Source: Pontiella sp. (lineage in GTDB: Bacteria; Verrucomicrobiota; Kiritimatiellia; Kiritimatiellales; Pontiellaceae). Taken from it: a DNA stretch of 64,000 nucleotides. The stretch covers positions 32,001-96,000 of the forward strand of contig JBNKHE010000008.1 of assembly GCA_050290185.1 (NCBI GenBank), written 5' to 3'. The translations under genes were made by a program, and so were the position numbers. Of the stretch, positions 60,603-64,000 are shown one piece after another. Below the pieces are notes generated by a model. That model had not been told where the DNA came from and made no database searches. It saw nothing but the letters and a program-made list of their open reading frames with translations. Position 1 is the stretch's first letter; the number at the start of each line of letters is the position of its first letter.

Positions 60603-60654
60603 TGGAGGGATGACCTCGGGGTCGTCCTTCGGCCGGAACGGAGCCCGGCCCTCC
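60603..60654. repeat. REP-like element (TGGAGGG...CCCTCC)
   Basis: Internal hairpin GGATGACC-tcgg-GGTCGTCC. Confidence 0.55.
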
Positions 60655-60808
60655 GGTTTAGGAAATATCCCGGATCTTCACCGGGCCGTAGGCGTTGAGT
60701 TTGCCGGGACTGGCGACGCCTGCGCTTAGGGACGTAAATTCGCCCACGAAGGGCTTGAGGTCATTTCGCGGTTCCAATCATAGGAAGCAACACGCTATAA
60801 GTGGTGGT

Positions 60809-61000
60809 ATGAAACTTCAACAAAACCAGCTATATAAAAAGGGCGAAGACTACATCCGCATTGTGGAATTGGCGCGTCTCGCCGTGAGTTACAAAATAAT
60901 GCAAAATCCGATGACTGGAGAGGGGACCACCCATCTTGTCACCAAGAAGGAGTTTTGCCGGCTCATCAAAGACGCCGAACTGCTCGACTACGAACCCTGA
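60809..61000 (+). CDS. Small hypothetical protein
   Basis: MKLQQNQLYKKGEDYIRIVELARLAVSYK...VTKKEFCRLIKDAELL; protein-like composition. Confidence 0.7.
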   Translation: MKLQQNQLYKKGEDYIRIVELARLAVSYKIMQNPMTGEGTTHLVTKKEFCRLIKDAELLDYEP

Positions 61001-61208
61001 GCATGGGGTTGTTCAATGTTCTGAAGACAAAGCATCCCACTTCTGTCAGGTGGCCGGCCCCAGACTTGTGTCTGGAAATCCCGGGCCTCCGGCGATGACG
61101 ATCTTTCCGGTAGGTATCGGATCCTTTGTCATGATCTTCTCCTCATCCCGGATGCGGTGGCCTTAGCTTGTAGGGAGGGAGCTGTCAACGACCTTCGCGC
61201 CGCGCGGC

Positions 61209-61970
61209 TCACGGATAGTCCTGGCGGGTGGCGCGGACGACGATATCGCTGATGTTCACGTTGGGCGGCTGGCTGATGACATAGTGCATCGCGTTGGCAA
61301 TATCGTCGCAGGTTGGCAAGGGACCGAATTTTTCATGGAAGCTGTCGACCAGTCCGTCGCTGTAGTTGGCGCCGGCCTGGAACCCGCTGATCACGATGCC
61401 CGGCTGTATCAACGAGACGCGCACCCCTTTGGGGCCGACGTCTCGGCGCAAGCCTTCGGCCAGTGCATGAACGGCAAATTTTGTGGCCCCGTAGACCGCA
61501 CTGAAGGGCGAAATATGTTTCCCGACCACCGATCCGACGATGACAATATCGGCCGCCGATTCCGGGAAGGCGGTCTTTTGGGTTTTCACCATATGTTGCG
61601 CCGCCTTTTGAATGAGCTGAAGCGTGCCGGTGACATTGATGTTCAGTAGATCCTGAAATTGCGATAGATCGGCATCTTTGACCGAGCCGCCGAGTCCGCG
61701 GCCGGCGTTGGCCACCACGATGTCGGCTTCATGGCCGAATCGGTCAATGGCGGTTTCGAAAAGCGAGTCCAGCACGGCCTCGTCCGAAGCATCGCCGGCC
61801 ACGCCAACGAAGGTATCGCCGAGTTCCTGCTCAAGCGCCGACAGCTTTTCGGAGGTGCGTCCATTGCCGACCACGTTGATTCCGCCGGCTACAAATTTCC
61901 GCACTGTTGCCTCCCCGATGCCGGAGGTGGCTCCGGTAATGATCGCGATACGGTTTTTATTTGCAGTCAT
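61209..61970 (-). CDS. SDR family oxidoreductase
   Basis: TGATSGIG, NAG, YGATK catalytic motif. Confidence 0.92.
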   Translation of the reverse strand: MTANKNRIAIITGATSGIGEATVRKFVAGGINVVGNGRTSEKLSALEQELGDTFVGVAGDASDEAVLDSLFETAIDRFGHEADIVVANAGRGLGGSVKDADLSQFQDLLNINVTGTLQLIQKAAQHMVKTQKTAFPESAADIVIVGSVVGKHISPFSAVYGATKFAVHALAEGLRRDVGPKGVRVSLIQPGIVISGFQAGANYSDGLVDSFHEKFGPLPTCDDIANAMHYVISQPPNVNISDIVVRATRQDYP

Positions 61971-62160
61971 GATTCATTTTTCCTTTCTTGCAGTGGGCTG
62001 GAGTGATCACGCTTTGTCCAGTTTTTACGGGTAGGGGGTGGTTGGTGAATACCTGGACAAACAGGAGCCAGTAGAACGGGATCAGGACCAGGCCAAAAGG
62101 GCGACAGGGATGATGGCTGTATGTTTTCGGGTTGCTGTCACGATTGGTTTCCGAACCTGC

Positions 62161-62721
62161 TCAATTGTCGCCGAGCGCAGTCTCGATGGCTTTAATGAGT
62201 TCGGCATCATCCGGTTCCACGGCGGACCGGTAGCGGCCGATTAGGTCTCCGTTGCGGTTGAAGAGGAATTTCTCGAAGTTCCATTTAACCGGGCCTTGGT
62301 CGGAGAGGGGAATCGTATCGGATGTCAGGTATTGGTAAAGGGGAGAGGCGTTTTCTCCGTTGACATCAATCTTGCTGAACATCGGAAAATCCACGGAGAA
62401 CGTTTTCTCGCAGAACGTCTTGATCTCGGCCTCCGATCCGGGCTCCTGCTGGCCGAATTGATTGCATGGGAAGCCCAGAACAACGAAGCCGCGCTCCTGA
62501 TATTTTTCATAGACCTTTTGCAACTGCTCGTATTGCTTTGTGAAGCCACAGTGGCTCGCCACATTGACGACCAGTACGACCTTTCCCGTGTAGGAACCCA
62601 GTTCAACCGGTTTGCCATCAATCGACATGACGGTTCCCATCAGGGGCTTTGTTTCAATGTCCGCCGCCAGGACAGCTGTAGCGGTAATCATCAGGACTCC
62701 TATCCATGCAAATCGACTCAT
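62161..62721 (-). CDS. Glutathione peroxidase family protein (exported)
   Basis: NVASHCGFT.QY, FPCNQFG.QEPG, KWNFEKFL; signal peptide. Confidence 0.95.
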   Translation of the reverse strand: MSRFAWIGVLMITATAVLAADIETKPLMGTVMSIDGKPVELGSYTGKVVLVVNVASHCGFTKQYEQLQKVYEKYQERGFVVLGFPCNQFGQQEPGSEAEIKTFCEKTFSVDFPMFSKIDVNGENASPLYQYLTSDTIPLSDQGPVKWNFEKFLFNRNGDLIGRYRSAVEPDDAELIKAIETALGDN

Positions 62722-62909
62722 CGGGTTTCCTTTCGTTTGGGCTCCCTTTTGCGGAGATAGTACGGGGGTAAAGAAAGAATACAAGACGTAATCGGAGTGT
62801 AAGCGGGGGCGAATATAACGTTGTATCGGTGGGCTGCGGGAGGTTGATGCAGGCGAGTGCGAAAGCGCTGAAACTCTTACATTTCGCTCAATGCCGCCCG
62901 GCAGTCCAA

Positions 62910-63482
62910 TTATTTAGTCATGCGCTGCAGATCCTCATGCACGTGATACAGCTCTTCATTCACTTTCTTCATGAAATTGCAAAGTGAACACGAACTCCCG
63001 AGATAAATACTCCCACATGAATTGCACTGGGAATAATTGTTTTTGTATTCGGGATGGGTATGTTTTTCGGGGGCATACTCCGGGTGGTTATGGTCTGTAG
63101 GCGCATATTCATTGTGGTCATGAGAAACAGAAGCATACTCGGAATGTTCATGATCCATGGGAGCGTACCCGGAATGTTCATGCACCATGGGAGCATAATT
63201 GGAATGTTCATGATCCAGAAGGGCATACTCGGAATGCCCATGGGCGAGGGCAGCGTACTCGGCGTGTTCGTGGTCTAAAAATGCATATTCAGAATGATTG
63301 TGATTTTGATCGGCTTTGATGCATGCAGGGCAGTGATCGCCCCTGTATAGAACCCTGCAAGAATCACATTCCTCAAATACAAGGGCATCTTTTGCATCGA
63401 AGGCCATTGCAGCTACATAGATAATAACGCCCCACATCAATAGGATGTTCACGAATATGGCAACTGTGGTTTTTCTGCTCAT
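62910..63482 (-). CDS. Membrane-anchored His-x-His decamer-repeat protein with two Cys4 motifs
   Basis: N-terminal TM helix; nine HxHxxYxxxx repeats between two CxxC-x8-CxxC motifs. Confidence 0.8.
   Translation of the reverse strand: MSRKTTVAIFVNILLMWGVIIYVAAMAFDAKDALVFEECDSCRVLYRGDHCPACIKADQNHNHSEYAFLDHEHAEYAALAHGHSEYALLDHEHSNYAPMVHEHSGYAPMDHEHSEYASVSHDHNEYAPTDHNHPEYAPEKHTHPEYKNNYSQCNSCGSIYLGSSCSLCNFMKKVNEELYHVHEDLQRMTK
63033..63302 (-). repeat. 30-bp coding tandem repeat x9
   Basis: Recurrent GCATACTCGGAATGTTCATG-like units on the + strand. Confidence 0.85.
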
Positions 63483-63842
63483 CGCTCTCCCCTTGTAATC
63501 AAGCGGGCCAAACTAGCCCTCATACTTTTAAAGATTAATCCTTCTGCTATATTAAGAGGGTAAGTATGAAAAACAAGAAGCAATTGGGGGCGAAGAACCG
63601 ACGACTTGCTGCAGACAGAGGCTGGTAGAGCGACGGCAGAGAGAGCTGAGGGTTGTTTAGATTAATCGGCTGTGTTTGCTCTGCTGGCTCTGTGTGAGGA
63701 ACATAGTACCATGCGGTGTAGATCGAAGGCGGGAGATTGTCGCATTTGCGGCGCATTTCCACGGTTTGGATTTCAAATCATCGGTCGGTCGTGCTAGTTT
63801 CTGTCCCGCTGTTGAAAACACAAAATGAAAAGCCGCTGAAGT

Positions 63843-64000
63843 ATGAATATTGATCAGGTATACAAACAGGTTGTTGAAAAAATCCTCCGGGAGGGAAAGA
63901 AGAAAACCAACCGGACGGCCACGGATACCATTTCCGTCAGTGGCTGTATGATTGATTACGACATGGCCAACGGCTTTCCGTTGCTCACGACCAAAAAAAT
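63843..64000 (+). CDS. thyA: Thymidylate synthase, 5' end (runs off window)
   Basis: Hand translation MNIDQVYKQVVEKILREGKKKTNRTATDTISVSGCMIDYDMANGFPLLTTKK. Confidence 0.9.
   Translation, partial: MNIDQVYKQVVEKILREGKKKTNRTATDTISVSGCMIDYDMANGFPLLTTKK

Noticed and set aside
61985..62150. Hydrophobic peptide fragments between gpx and the SDR gene (LIPFYWLLFVQVF)
   Set aside because: Too short and split across frames to call a pseudogene
63033..63302. 30-bp periodic repeat as a possible CRISPR array
   Set aside because: No unique spacers or cas genes; units are in-frame codon repeats
63547..63762. 71-aa minus-strand ORF
   Set aside because: No family features; lies in the divergent promoter region before thyA

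Overview
Bacterial chromosomal window, mostly ~55-60% GC. Gene style suggests a marine PVC-superphylum organism such as Kiritimatiellota or Verrucomicrobiota (inference only). Contents from left to right: (1) A small accessory region with a sigma-54-promoted secreted polyproline protein, DUF1294, a duplicated tautomerase/AraC module (second araC decayed), a GNAT, a Tat-exported SleB-like hydrolase and a GFA protein. (2) Malic enzyme divergent from a TCA superoperon, sdhCAB-CBS-korA-korB::CBS-sucCD-gltA. (3) tpx, hisB, TSUP, rtcB, hisH, a hybrid kinase and a USP. (4) The best candidate for an undescribed system, at 27.0-37.1 kb. An atypical stand-alone ketosynthase (Cys-His-Asn, no ACP) is translationally coupled to a 7TM-GAF-PAS histidine kinase and a paralogous soluble kinase. 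Divergent from these, behind a sigma-54/IHF promoter, are a FadL channel, a receiver-kinase hybrid and a VAO/PCMH-family flavoprotein. This looks like a lipid-signal (quorum-sensing-like) synthase/receptor/import/modify circuit. (5) rdgC, then a biotin operon (bioF-H-C-D-A plus a TonB receptor, with bioB nearby) split by two insertions: ectABC-putP and DPP-IV/mscS/hybrid kinase. (6) GH88, an SDR, glutathione peroxidase, a His-x-His decamer-repeat membrane protein, and the start of thyA. No rRNA, tRNA, CRISPR array, transposase or integrase was recognised.
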